From a virus (lineage: Duplodnaviria > Caudoviricetes): a stretch of DNA of 24,540 nt. Shown here one piece after another: positions 14,969 through 23,614 of the stretch. The DNA lies in IMG/VR virus record IMGVR_UViG_3300012987_000005, positions 1 through 24,540 of that record; one strand, given 5' to 3'. Both the position numbers and the translations under genes were made by a program. The notes beneath the pieces were generated by a model, which saw only the letters and a program-made list of their open reading frames with translations, was not told the DNA's origin and made no database searches. Each line of letters begins with the position of its first letter. Position 1 is the first letter of the stretch.

Positions 14969-16372
14969 TTATGGGAGTGGTGGTGGGAGAAAGATATTCA
15001 CGGCGTTGTCTCCCAACGTCGTCGCGTGCAAACCGTCGGTGGTGAATGCCGCTTGTCCCGTGGCACCAGTGACCGCCCAGAGCCCCGAGTTGAGACCGCT
15101 TTCTTGAAACGAGGTGATGTCGAAATAGCCGGTAAAGTTCGGGATAGTCCCCGTTGTCAGCGCGCGCACCCACGTGTTGACCGTCACTCGCTTCCCGTTG
15201 TTCGGATCGAGCGTTTGGCCAGGCAGGTCCTGCCAATTATTCGACGACGTCGTCCGTGGAGAGATGGTGCCCAGGTAAGCTAAGGCCCGGGGGAAATATG
15301 CAGCGATGGTTTGTAGATTCGCCTGCACCTGCGCAGCCGACTGACTGGCGAAATCGTTGATCCCGAGCACGAGCTGAATGGTCGTCGGAGGCGCCAGGTT
15401 TGCGAGCCTCAAACGGCGTGTGGGCCCAGCGACGAACCCCGACGCTGTGCTGCCTGCGCCGCACAGGCGAAATGTCGCGTGGTTGCGTCCCAAACACAGC
15501 TGCGACTGTCCGCGAAAAGCCGAGTCGACAAAGGAGTTCTCTCCGTAGCCTTCGCCTCTGGAGTCCTCGATCAGACACAGATCGTTTCTCCGCGACGTGA
15601 AGGCCATGATGCGTTGCGGCCACATGCCGAAGAAACTGCCTGCGACCAGCGTCGGAGCAAGAGTCGAATCGACCGCGTTCTGATTCGATTGATCTCCCAT
15701 CTTGGTGCTCGGGTATGGCCCGTACGGGGAGTACGGCAGGCCGCCGGCCCCCTGCTGTTGCCAAAAGCTCCTAATCCGGTAGTGCCCGCAGACAGTGGCT
15801 CCCGCTACCGCGAGCTCAGTGTTCACACCGGTTGCGAACTTCATCACCGTGTCACTCAACGTCGTAATGGCACCGATCGGCCCGTTGTTGGTTCCGCTGC
15901 GCGTCGATGCGAACACCGTATCGCCTACGCGGAACTCGTCGCTGAGCCACGATCCGCTGGTGCGGGTGATCGTGTTCGTAGCCGCGTCGAAGCTCACCAC
16001 CGTGCCCGGTGTCATGCACGGGATGGTGCGCGGCAGCTGGACCAGATCGGTCACTCCCTCTGCGCCGTCTGCGATGACGACGGACGTCGCGCCCCCATTG
16101 AATGTCAATCGCGTGATGGTGCCTCCGAGAGGGAACTCGATCGCCGCCGTGAGATAGACCGGCCCCCCTGAGACGGTTTCTGCCCCTGACAGCACAGCCC
16201 AGTTCGTCCACGCGACCTTGATCGCCCGAATTGGCGACATTGCCGTCTGACCGGTCCAGCTGTTGTACGGCAGTGCGCCCGCGAGAATGTTGTCCGGCAT
16301 CGTTGTGCGGTTAGACACCTCTCGCAGAACAGCGGCCAGCCCACCAAAGAAACCACCCGCCGACCCTCTCAT
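14969..16372 (-). CDS. Spike-like protein with C-terminal SGNH/GDSL hydrolase domain
   Basis: IEDSRG (block I variant), GAGS, LGIND, DGLH; Thr/Gly-rich beta N-terminus; ATGA coupling at 16372. Confidence 0.8.
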   Translation of the reverse strand: MRGSAGGFFGGLAAVLREVSNRTTMPDNILAGALPYNSWTGQTAMSPIRAIKVAWTNWAVLSGAETVSGGPVYLTAAIEFPLGGTITRLTFNGGATSVVIADGAEGVTDLVQLPRTIPCMTPGTVVSFDAATNTITRTSGSWLSDEFRVGDTVFASTRSGTNNGPIGAITTLSDTVMKFATGVNTELAVAGATVCGHYRIRSFWQQQGAGGLPYSPYGPYPSTKMGDQSNQNAVDSTLAPTLVAGSFFGMWPQRIMAFTSRRNDLCLIEDSRGEGYGENSFVDSAFRGQSQLCLGRNHATFRLCGAGSTASGFVAGPTRRLRLANLAPPTTIQLVLGINDFASQSAAQVQANLQTIAAYFPRALAYLGTISPRTTSSNNWQDLPGQTLDPNNGKRVTVNTWVRALTTGTIPNFTGYFDITSFQESGLNSGLWAVTGATGQAAFTTDGLHATTLGDNAVNIFLPPPLP

Positions 16373-16959
16373 GCGAACGCCAGCCCCGCGACCTGCGCGT
16401 AGATCGTGGTCCCGTCCCAATACCCGCTCACAATATCCTGCGCACCGACGGGCGTGGATAGAGTGAGCCCAGCGCCGCCAGGAGTCTTCGCGCCCGTGAG
16501 CGTGAGTGTGTAGCTCCCCGTGCCGCCCTGGATCACCTTCAGCTGAAACCAGCACGCGCGAGTCGCTGGCAGACCAGTGAGCAGCACCGTGGCGTTGCCC
16601 GTGAGCGTGAACCTACGAGTGAGGGAGTCTGCGAGGCTCACGGGGACCGCGCCGGTGACGTTTCCCGCGTTGTCCTCGGCCGGGAAGTTCAATGCCGGCG
16701 AGACGCTCAAGAGCAGCAGCTCGTCGGCGCCCGGCGCAATCACCTCAGCGTCGATGTTTGTGCCGGCAGCAATCTTGCTCGACAGGTAGTTTGGCACCTG
16801 GTCTGCGCTCGAGACCGACACCTTGTGGTCACCGCCCGCCTCGATCGGAACCGGTTTGACGCTCAGGCCATCGTCGTCGATGGCCAGCACGTATCCGGGG
16901 GTGCTGGGCTCGAACGTCTGGCCGGCGTTGCCCCCGCGCAGCTGCAATGAAGGGTTCAT
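16369..16959 (-). CDS. Fibre or spike structural protein
   Basis: TLTGNATV...IQGGTGSYTLT...LTLST...DIVSGYWDGT resembles a common phage fibre beta-sandwich. Confidence 0.7.
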   Translation of the reverse strand: MNPSLQLRGGNAGQTFEPSTPGYVLAIDDDGLSVKPVPIEAGGDHKVSVSSADQVPNYLSSKIAAGTNIDAEVIAPGADELLLLSVSPALNFPAEDNAGNVTGAVPVSLADSLTRRFTLTGNATVLLTGLPATRACWFQLKVIQGGTGSYTLTLTGAKTPGGAGLTLSTPVGAQDIVSGYWDGTTIYAQVAGLAFA

Positions 16960-16975
16960 GGACGCTGTCCTTTGT

Positions 16976-17013
16976 GCTCGACGCCGCGCGCACGAAGCGC
17001 GCGGACGTCAAGC
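16976..17013. other. Strong intergenic hairpin
   Basis: Minus strand GCTTGACG-t-CCGCGCGC-TTCGT-GCGCGCGG-CGTCGAGC; no U-tract. Confidence 0.7.
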
Positions 17014-17021
17014 GTTGGGGT

Positions 17022-17627
17022 TCAGAAGCATTCTTCGAGGCGCATGTAGAACGTGCCCTTCGACGTCGTCGAGCTGCTCGCCGTCGTCGGTGAGTACAGC
17101 TCGGCGCCGGCGCCGCCGAGATAACTCGGCTGCGCTGCCGCCGCGCGGATCTTGATCGACGGCGAATTCGCGAGCACACCGAGATCTGAGCCGAGACCGA
17201 GCGGGAGACGCAGAGTCACCTGACGGCCGCTCAGCACGTCCGTGGCCAGGTCCGCGGCCGCGGATGGGTGGTGCGTGTTGGCTGCGATCTCATTCCAGGT
17301 CGTGCCGCCATCGACCGAAACGTCGAGGTACAGGTTAACCGTACTGTCGATGTTGGTCGACGTGTTCACGACGTCGAAGGTGAGCTCCGCGCCATAGCGC
17401 GCGCCCGGCTTCGGATTGTCGAACGTCAGCGACAAGGCGTTGGCGTCGGAGCCGCCGAAACCAGCGGCCTTGATCGTCGTCTTCGCCGTCGGTATGACCT
17501 CTGAGCCGTCGCCGATCAGCGAGGAGAGATCGATCATGCGCAGTCGGAAACCCGGGCCCGGATCGAGAGGCACCTGGTTGTCGCTCACGGCGTCGGGGCC
17601 AGAGGGGGAAACTCGAAGAATCGTCAT
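17022..17627 (-). CDS. Beta-rich structural protein (vertex or receptor-binding candidate)
   Basis: ATG 17627 (MTILRVSP); alternating beta pattern, SVDGGTTW Asp-box-like motif. Confidence 0.65.
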   Translation of the reverse strand: MTILRVSPSGPDAVSDNQVPLDPGPGFRLRMIDLSSLIGDGSEVIPTAKTTIKAAGFGGSDANALSLTFDNPKPGARYGAELTFDVVNTSTNIDSTVNLYLDVSVDGGTTWNEIAANTHHPSAAADLATDVLSGRQVTLRLPLGLGSDLGVLANSPSIKIRAAAAQPSYLGGAGAELYSPTTASSSTTSKGTFYMRLEECF

Positions 17628-18310
17628 GCTGCTGCTCCGTTGGTAGTTGTGGTGTTGACTACTTGCGCCGCAGCGGTCGCCGCCTTGGCCAAGGATGTTT
17701 TGCGCTCCTCGAGCATCAGCTCGAGCGCGCCCATCACGACAGGGCCGGCCTGTCGGATTTGCTCGCTGATCGCCGCCATCGGATCGGAGTTCTGCTTGGT
17801 CTCCGTGAGCAGCGCGTGCTCTTTCATGGCGCGGTTGTACTCGTGCAAATCGTGCAATTGCTCGGCTTGGCTCTCGAGCGTTTTGGTCAGCGACTCGATC
17901 TGAATCTGCGCGCTCTTCAGAGTCGCGCCAACTACGTTCGTGATCAGCGTCATCGCCTCGGCAAAGGCCTTGCTCGCCTGCGCGTTCGCGCTCTGCGACA
18001 TCTCGCCGGCGGCCTTGTTCGTCCCCATCACTCGGATCTTGTGAGTGGAGCGGACGGTGCCCTCTGCCGTGGTTGCCGTGAAGACAAAGTCCACGTAACG
18101 CACAGGCATCTCTGTCGTGAGCGTGCCCACGAGTGCCGCCGCTTGTTGCACCCACTGGTCCAGGTCAGCGATCGGGCACACCCAGGTTTCCCAGGTGTTG
18201 TTCTCCGTCGTGAGCTGAACCATCTTGGTCACAAGCGTCTCGACCTCGCCGGTTGCTGCCGGCGCGAGGTTTCGCTTTGCCCACTCGAGCAGCTGGATCG
18301 CGTGCGACAT
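17624..18310 (-). CDS. Protein with C-terminal coiled coil
   Basis: 228 aa; heptad region QIQIESLTKTLESQAEQLHDL; coupled at both ends. Confidence 0.7.
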   Translation of the reverse strand: MSHAIQLLEWAKRNLAPAATGEVETLVTKMVQLTTENNTWETWVCPIADLDQWVQQAAALVGTLTTEMPVRYVDFVFTATTAEGTVRSTHKIRVMGTNKAAGEMSQSANAQASKAFAEAMTLITNVVGATLKSAQIQIESLTKTLESQAEQLHDLHEYNRAMKEHALLTETKQNSDPMAAISEQIRQAGPVVMGALELMLEERKTSLAKAATAAAQVVNTTTTNGAAA

Positions 18311-18696
18311 CAGAGGCCCGCTGCCTTCATGCGCGCAATCAGATTCGGGAGCGTGCTCAGCAGAAGCTGGCTGTTCGTGTTCGTGCCCGTCGACATCACC
18401 CCGGGGTTAGTGGGCGTGGCCGCCGGCGTGAACAACGCGACGAAGGTCTCGGGATCTGCCGGGTCCCAGAGCAGCGTGAAATTGCCAGGGGGCTGTCCAG
18501 GTTCTGCGGGCCACTCCGCGGCATCGATCGCGACGCCGCCGTTCACCGCGGGCATGTGCGCGCGCACCGCGTTCGGTGGCAGCGTGAAGCCTTTCGGCAC
18601 GCGCGGCGCGGCGCTCGCCGTCTTGCTCGCTCCGGCGAGCACGAGGGCACCAACGCCCAACACGCCGACCATCAACACCTTTGATAGAGCACCCAT
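18310..18696 (-). CDS. N-terminally anchored membrane protein
   Basis: MGALSKVLMVGVLGVGALVLAG. Confidence 0.7.
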   Translation of the reverse strand: MGALSKVLMVGVLGVGALVLAGASKTASAAPRVPKGFTLPPNAVRAHMPAVNGGVAIDAAEWPAEPGQPPGNFTLLWDPADPETFVALFTPAATPTNPGVMSTGTNTNSQLLLSTLPNLIARMKAAGL

Positions 18697-18698
18697 GA

Positions 18699-19259
18699 TC
18701 AACCCTTTCGCCTGCGTGAAACCAATAAAAGACCAGCACCGACCATCACGATCGCAAGCGCGACACCGACGCCGCTCGCAGCGCTCTTGAGCGCTTCGCC
18801 GGCGTCGGTCGCTGCTCCACCAAGCGAGTCTGGCCGCGGCGCGTTCGTGATCGGATTGCTCGCGCTCGGTGCCCACACGTCGTCGAGCAAGTACTCGTCA
18901 TCATGCGGCCAAGGCGTGAACGCCTGCGCGCCTCGGTTGAAGAACCTCACAATGAACGGCTTCGCTGGTTCCCCGAGCATCAAAGCATTGTCGCGCGACG
19001 CGGCGAGCTCCAGCCCGTCGTGAGTCGGGATAATCTCAACTTGCGCCCCTTTCAGCGCCGCCGGGTTGAGTGGATCGGCTACTGCAGCGCCGGGCGCAGC
19101 ACTCGCCACGTCCTCTACCCAAATGCGGAGCCGGCGCTCGTGCGACAACCCTAGGTTCATCGGGTTCAGATCGCCGAGATCATCCACTTGCCACACGGTC
19201 CAGACGTTCCAACCAGGGAACACTGGCGCGAAGCCCGGCGGGATCTGAACCGCAGTCAC
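18699..19259 (-). CDS. C-terminally anchored membrane protein
   Basis: Ends GVGVALAIVMVGAGLLLVSRRRKG. Confidence 0.75.
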   Translation of the reverse strand: MTAVQIPPGFAPVFPGWNVWTVWQVDDLGDLNPMNLGLSHERRLRIWVEDVASAAPGAAVADPLNPAALKGAQVEIIPTHDGLELAASRDNALMLGEPAKPFIVRFFNRGAQAFTPWPHDDEYLLDDVWAPSASNPITNAPRPDSLGGAATDAGEALKSAASGVGVALAIVMVGAGLLLVSRRRKG

Positions 19260-19260
19260 G

Positions 19261-19362
19261 TTACTTCTTCTCCGAAGCCGACGCCGGCGCCGTCATCAGC
19301 GCGATCGCGCCACTGACGAGGAGTCCGACGATAAGCCAGGTTGGGGTGCGTCGCTTCGACAT
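19261..19362 (-). CDS. 33-aa membrane peptide (not in the ORF track)
   Basis: MSKRRTPTWLIVGLLVSGAIALMTAPASASEKK*, RBS GGTGAGG, fills the gap between neighbours. Confidence 0.75.
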   Translation of the reverse strand: MSKRRTPTWLIVGLLVSGAIALMTAPASASEKK

Positions 19363-19366
19363 CGCC

Positions 19367-19735
19367 TCACCGGTGAATCAGCTGTTGAATGTACGGGGAC
19401 GCGAACTCCCAGATCACCACGAGTGCGCCGACCAGCGCGCCCATGCGATTCGAGGTGTGCCGCGCGGCCGACTTCGAAGCGTCCGCCACGAGCTCGCCGC
19501 GCTGCTCTTTGAGCGTCTTTCCGTGCTGACTGACCTCGCGGCTCAAGGTTCCAAACTGCACAGTCAGCGCGTTGACCGCAGCGGTGTTCGCTTGCGTCGC
19601 GCGCATCACCATGCCGAGGTCGACGAGCTCCGGAGATGCTTCTTTTTCTGGCGGCACAGTGTCCACCGGCCGAAGCTTCGGCACACTGCCGTGCCGCTTC
19701 GTGATCTCTTCGTTCTTATCGAACCCACGCACCAT
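19367..19735 (-). CDS. Coiled-coil protein with C-terminal TM helix (holin or XhlA-like candidate)
   Basis: TGATG coupled to the lysin; MGALVGALVVIWEFASPYI. Confidence 0.6.
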   Translation of the reverse strand: MVRGFDKNEEITKRHGSVPKLRPVDTVPPEKEASPELVDLGMVMRATQANTAAVNALTVQFGTLSREVSQHGKTLKEQRGELVADASKSAARHTSNRMGALVGALVVIWEFASPYIQQLIHR

Positions 19736-20847
19736 CAGGAATCCTCCTTCAGCAATCGCTTGATCGAAAACCACGCGAGCGCCGGGTCATCACGCCGGCG
19801 CGTGCGACGCTGGATCGGCCGCGGCTCCCCTTGGTTGCCCTCGATCGTCGTCACCGTGTTGTTGTCCACGGCCTCGACGATGAAGTGGTGCTGATAGGGC
19901 TGATCCTGGTAGCCCATATCGCCGCGGCGCAGCTCGTCCTCTGGCTTCACGCGCTGCAGCGCGTACAAGAACCCAGAGCGCTTATCGCTCGCCGTCTGAA
20001 AACGCCAGAACAGCGAGGGAGCCAGCGCCGCATCATGGAGGCAAAAGAGCGCGAGCGCGCCGCACCAGGCCGGCGGGTGAGGCAGATTCGGCGCCTGGTG
20101 CAGGGCGCTCGCCCAGTAGTCATTAACCCGTGAGGGTGTGAACGCGCCAGACTCGACGAGCGCGAGCTCACGGCTGGCAACCAACACGACGGCATCTCGC
20201 GCGAGCATGCTAACGATGCCGCCGACGTGCGCGCCATAGGAGCCAGCCGACAACGGCGGCGGAGCCGAGCGCAAGGACGGGAGCTCCACTGGCGGTTGGC
20301 TTTTTTTTTGCGCCTGGAACAACAACCGTGGCCGCGCGGTCGCTTGCGCGACCCGCGTCTCGATCTTTTGCGTCACATCGCCGACAGTCAGCGTGCCGTC
20401 GCCGTCCGCGTCCAGACCCGAGTTCTGATCGTAAATCTGCTCCCCCTTGGTCGCCAAAATGAAGTCTTTCGGCTTCCCCACGAACGCGGGCAGGAAGGTG
20501 GCCATGTAGTAGTCACCCGGCTCCTCCCTGCGAATCGCTCGCCCCGCCTGCCGATAGAACGCCTCAACAAATGGCAGCTGCTCGATCGCCGTCATCTGCG
20601 CGAGCGCGCTCGACGAAGTGCCCAACGCGGTCGCCGTCGCCGGCATGAATTGGATCAACCCAACCGCGCCACCATTCGCGTTTCGGGCGCTCGGATTGAA
20701 CCCCGACTCAAGCGACATCACCGCGCCGATGTAGTTGGGGTCTAGCCCTAGCCGGTCCGCCACCGCCTGCAGGGCAGTCGCAAACCCTGGCTCGAGCGCT
20801 TCACGAGCGCTCAAGCCAGGTAGATCGAGGTAGGTCAGCGTTGCCAT
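19735..20847 (-). CDS. Lytic transglycosylase (SLT-like) plus CHAP fusion in the zero frame; CHAP could also start at ATG 20208
   Basis: LESGFNPSARN...AVGLIQFMPATA; AWCGALALFC, GDMGY, HHFIVE, TIEGN. Confidence 0.85.
   Translation of the reverse strand: MATLTYLDLPGLSAREALEPGFATALQAVADRLGLDPNYIGAVMSLESGFNPSARNANGGAVGLIQFMPATATALGTSSSALAQMTAIEQLPFVEAFYRQAGRAIRREEPGDYYMATFLPAFVGKPKDFILATKGEQIYDQNSGLDADGDGTLTVGDVTQKIETRVAQATARPRLLFQAQKKSQPPVELPSLRSAPPPLSAGSYGAHVGGIVSMLARDAVVLVASRELALVESGAFTPSRVNDYWASALHQAPNLPHPPAWCGALALFCLHDAALAPSLFWRFQTASDKRSGFLYALQRVKPEDELRRGDMGYQDQPYQHHFIVEAVDNNTVTTIEGNQGEPRPIQRRTRRRDDPALAWFSIKRLLKEDS
20301..20309 (-). other. A9 slippery run between the SLT and CHAP domains
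   Basis: CAA AAA AAA AGC; the -1 frame reads KPTASGAPVLALGSAAVVGWLLWRARRRHR* (TAG 20212-20210). Confidence 0.7.
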
Positions 20848-21017
20848 CGTCAGTGTTGTCAACTTCGAGAGTGGCGCCGCTCGCGCGGCGGAGAGAGAGC
20901 AGCAACAAGGGGAACTGTTTGCGCGGCGGGTGAACCGCTGATCCGAAGCAAACGACCGTCAGGGCGTCGAGGAGCGTCCTCACGGCAGAGGCTGGCTGCC
21001 TCCGGCGGGGACGCGCC

Positions 21018-21380
21018 TTATGAAGGCGCGGGAGGGGGCGCCCCGCCGTCTGCGAGGTTGGCGCAAAGCCGATCTTCCGTCGCTTGCACACGCGCCCGAA
21101 TCGAGTCCGGTGGTGGCTGCAGCTTTGGGTCGAGCTGGAGCACGGCTCGCTCGAGTGCACGCAGCCCGCACAGGTCTGTTGCGATCTTTGCGGTCTGCGC
21201 GGGTGTCGGCGGCGGTGCTGAGCAGCTCGAGAGAACGGACAGCGCCGCGACCGCGCACGACCCAGCGAACCATGCGAGCGTCAACATCACCACCGGGTGT
21301 CGGCTCTCTCGCCGCACGCACAGCCAATACATGAAGCACACGAAAAGCATCGCGAGAAAGGTCACGATCACCGCGTTCAT
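21018..21380 (-). CDS. Two-TM protein with lipobox-like LSSC (lysis accessory candidate)
   Basis: AVIVTFLAMLFVCFMYWLCV; VVMLTLAWFAGSCAVAALSVLSSC. Confidence 0.65.
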   Translation of the reverse strand: MNAVIVTFLAMLFVCFMYWLCVRRESRHPVVMLTLAWFAGSCAVAALSVLSSCSAPPPTPAQTAKIATDLCGLRALERAVLQLDPKLQPPPDSIRARVQATEDRLCANLADGGAPPPAPS

Positions 21381-21718
21381 CGGCCGGCCTTCCGTGCACG
21401 CGCAGCTTTCGCGCGACCCTTGGCCATGCGCTCGAGAAACTCTTTCTTACTGACCTTCTTTTTGGCCTTCTTCTTACGCGCTGGCGCCTTCTTTTTGGCT
21501 TTCTTCTTAGCTGCCTTGCGCTTCTTGCGGATCGGCTGCCCGAAGACGGCCATGTGCAGCTCGGCGCGCTTGCGCTCGAGCTCGGAGAGCCGTTGCGACG
21601 GCGTCTTCTTGCGCGCCTTCGTTTTGGCCTTTTTCTTGGCGGCCTTTTTCTTGGCGGCCTTTTTCTTCGGCTTGGCCGCGACTGCCCGTTCGAGTTTTTT
21701 TAGCAAACTACCGCTCAT
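21377..21718 (-). CDS. Histone H1-like Lys/Ala-rich DNA-condensing protein
   Basis: KKKAAKKKAAKKKAK repeats throughout. Confidence 0.8.
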   Translation of the reverse strand: MSGSLLKKLERAVAAKPKKKAAKKKAAKKKAKTKARKKTPSQRLSELERKRAELHMAVFGQPIRKKRKAAKKKAKKKAPARKKKAKKKVSKKEFLERMAKGRAKAARARKAGR

Positions 21719-22275
21719 ATCTCGTACTCCTCGAAGCCGGCGCCGCCGGCCTGCAGCAGTGATCCCGATCGCAGCGGTATCCGCTCACCCGCCGCAACTG
21801 CGTATGGTCCGAACCCGCCGACCAACAAAGTCGACGCCGTCAAGGCGACGAAGCACGCCGCGTCGACTGATAGATCTGCGGGACCTGCGACGAAGCGCCT
21901 GCACGTCGCAACGCCGGCGGCATCTGCCGGCGCGATCATGCACACGACCTCGGCTGCCTCCTCGCCGCTCGGGTAGGCCTCGACTGTCACCTGCCCTGGC
22001 ACGTAGACGACCAGCGGCGGATCGATTGCGCGGAGCGTTCGCTTGGCGTTGGGGCCCCACGCGAGATCGACGAGCACGTGCCGCCCAAAGACGGATACCT
22101 TCCAGAGCTTCGCTGCGCGCATCGCGTCGCCGATTTGGACGCGCGACGAGTCCTGCAGCGGAGCATCCCAGCGGTTCGACGACTGCAGGCCGATCCACGT
22201 GGTGAGTCCACCGCTATTCGGCGTGCCCGGCGGCAGAGGCATCGCCGGGCGTGGGCTGAAGGGGTTCTGGTTCAT
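21715..22275 (-). CDS. Beta-rich structural protein (minor capsid candidate)
   Basis: 186 aa, beta-strand pattern, within the structural operon. Confidence 0.6.
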   Translation of the reverse strand: MNQNPFSPRPAMPLPPGTPNSGGLTTWIGLQSSNRWDAPLQDSSRVQIGDAMRAAKLWKVSVFGRHVLVDLAWGPNAKRTLRAIDPPLVVYVPGQVTVEAYPSGEEAAEVVCMIAPADAAGVATCRRFVAGPADLSVDAACFVALTASTLLVGGFGPYAVAAGERIPLRSGSLLQAGGAGFEEYEI

Positions 22276-22278
22276 GGG

Positions 22279-23613
22279 CTACGCCGATCGTGCGTGCCAA
22301 TGCGCAAGCCCACCGCGTACGTGCGCGTGGTGCCGTGCGTGGTGCGCGCGCGCTTGCCGATGGTGATGAGCGAGCGGCGCGCCGATGTACATCGGCACGA
22401 CCTGCGCAGGCAGCCCCACGCGCGTCAGGTTCACTGGGTTGCGCGTCAGGATGTTCGCCGCCGTCGCGATCTGGTGCGCTGCGGTGTTGCCGGCTTTCGC
22501 TTGCTGCGCGACGTTGGCGAGGGTGTTGCGCGCCTGGGTGGCTGAGTGCACAGCGGCTACCAGGTGCGCGGGCGCCTTGATGCCCGGAGGCAACGCCTTG
22601 ATCTGAGCTGCGGCAGCCACGCCTTTCTGCACGTTGGACACGAGTCCCGTCGCGGCCCCGGCGGCCGCTCGAGCGGCGTCCTGGATCGACTTGGCCTGCC
22701 CGATCGCCGCGCCGATCTGCACGGCTTTCTGCGCCTCTGGCGGCAGCTGTTTCAGCGCGGCGTCGATGACCACCTGCGAGACCTTCTCGCCTTTCGCGAG
22801 TCGCTTCGCCGCGTCGAGGCCCTGCAGCATCGCCGCCTTTGCCTGAGGCGATAGCCCTGGCAGCGCGTTGATTGCGATCGTCGTGATCTGCTTGCCTTGC
22901 ATCACGTCGCTTGCGACGCTGAACGCCGCTTGCGCGAGCGGACCGCCCGGGATCGCGCCCTTCACGCCAGCCAGGAGCGCATCGCTGATGCTCTGACCGG
23001 CGGCGAGCGCCATCGACGCGCCGATCGCTCCGCTCAAGCCCTGCCCTACCCCCGGCACGAACGAGAGCACCGTTTGCGCGTACGGTGCGATCGCCTTCAC
23101 GTTGGCGAGGGCAGACTTCAAACTTCCGAGCGCTACCCGATCGATGCGACCGCCGGCGGCGAGTTGGTTGACCGTGTTCGCGGGCAACAGCATCAGGTTC
23201 CCCGCGGCATTTGCGAGCGGACCGATCACCGGGATTTTGCCGAGCGCGCTCACCGCGTGCTGCGCGTAATTGGTCGCGACCTTCGCGACCTTCGCTGCCG
23301 CCTTCGTCACTGCAGTCACCCCCGTGGCTTTCGCTACGCTGCTCACGCCCTTGGCGACGCCCTTTGCAGCACTCGACACCGCGTGGGCGATCGAGCTGAA
23401 GAGACCGCCAACTGTCAGCGGCTCGCCGACGGCCATGGGCAACGGACAACCGACGGCCGCGAACTCACCCGCGAACTCTTTCCAGACGCGATTGAGCGGC
23501 ACGAAGACCTCTTGCTGCATGGTCTGCCCGCTCGCAGTCTGCACCTTGACCTTGAGGACGACGCCGTTTTCGCGCCAGTCCCAACCGAGTCCGCGCAAAG
23601 TGTTCATCGACAT
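22279..23613 (-). CDS. Ala/Gly-rich amphipathic protein with His/Arg tail (DNA delivery or membrane penetration candidate)
   Basis: GLFSSIAHAVSSAAKGVAKGVSSVAK helix; tail HHHRQARAHHARHHAHVR. Confidence 0.75.
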   Translation of the reverse strand: MSMNTLRGLGWDWRENGVVLKVKVQTASGQTMQQEVFVPLNRVWKEFAGEFAAVGCPLPMAVGEPLTVGGLFSSIAHAVSSAAKGVAKGVSSVAKATGVTAVTKAAAKVAKVATNYAQHAVSALGKIPVIGPLANAAGNLMLLPANTVNQLAAGGRIDRVALGSLKSALANVKAIAPYAQTVLSFVPGVGQGLSGAIGASMALAAGQSISDALLAGVKGAIPGGPLAQAAFSVASDVMQGKQITTIAINALPGLSPQAKAAMLQGLDAAKRLAKGEKVSQVVIDAALKQLPPEAQKAVQIGAAIGQAKSIQDAARAAAGAATGLVSNVQKGVAAAAQIKALPPGIKAPAHLVAAVHSATQARNTLANVAQQAKAGNTAAHQIATAANILTRNPVNLTRVGLPAQVVPMYIGAPLAHHHRQARAHHARHHAHVRGGLAHWHARSA

Positions 23614-23614
23614 C

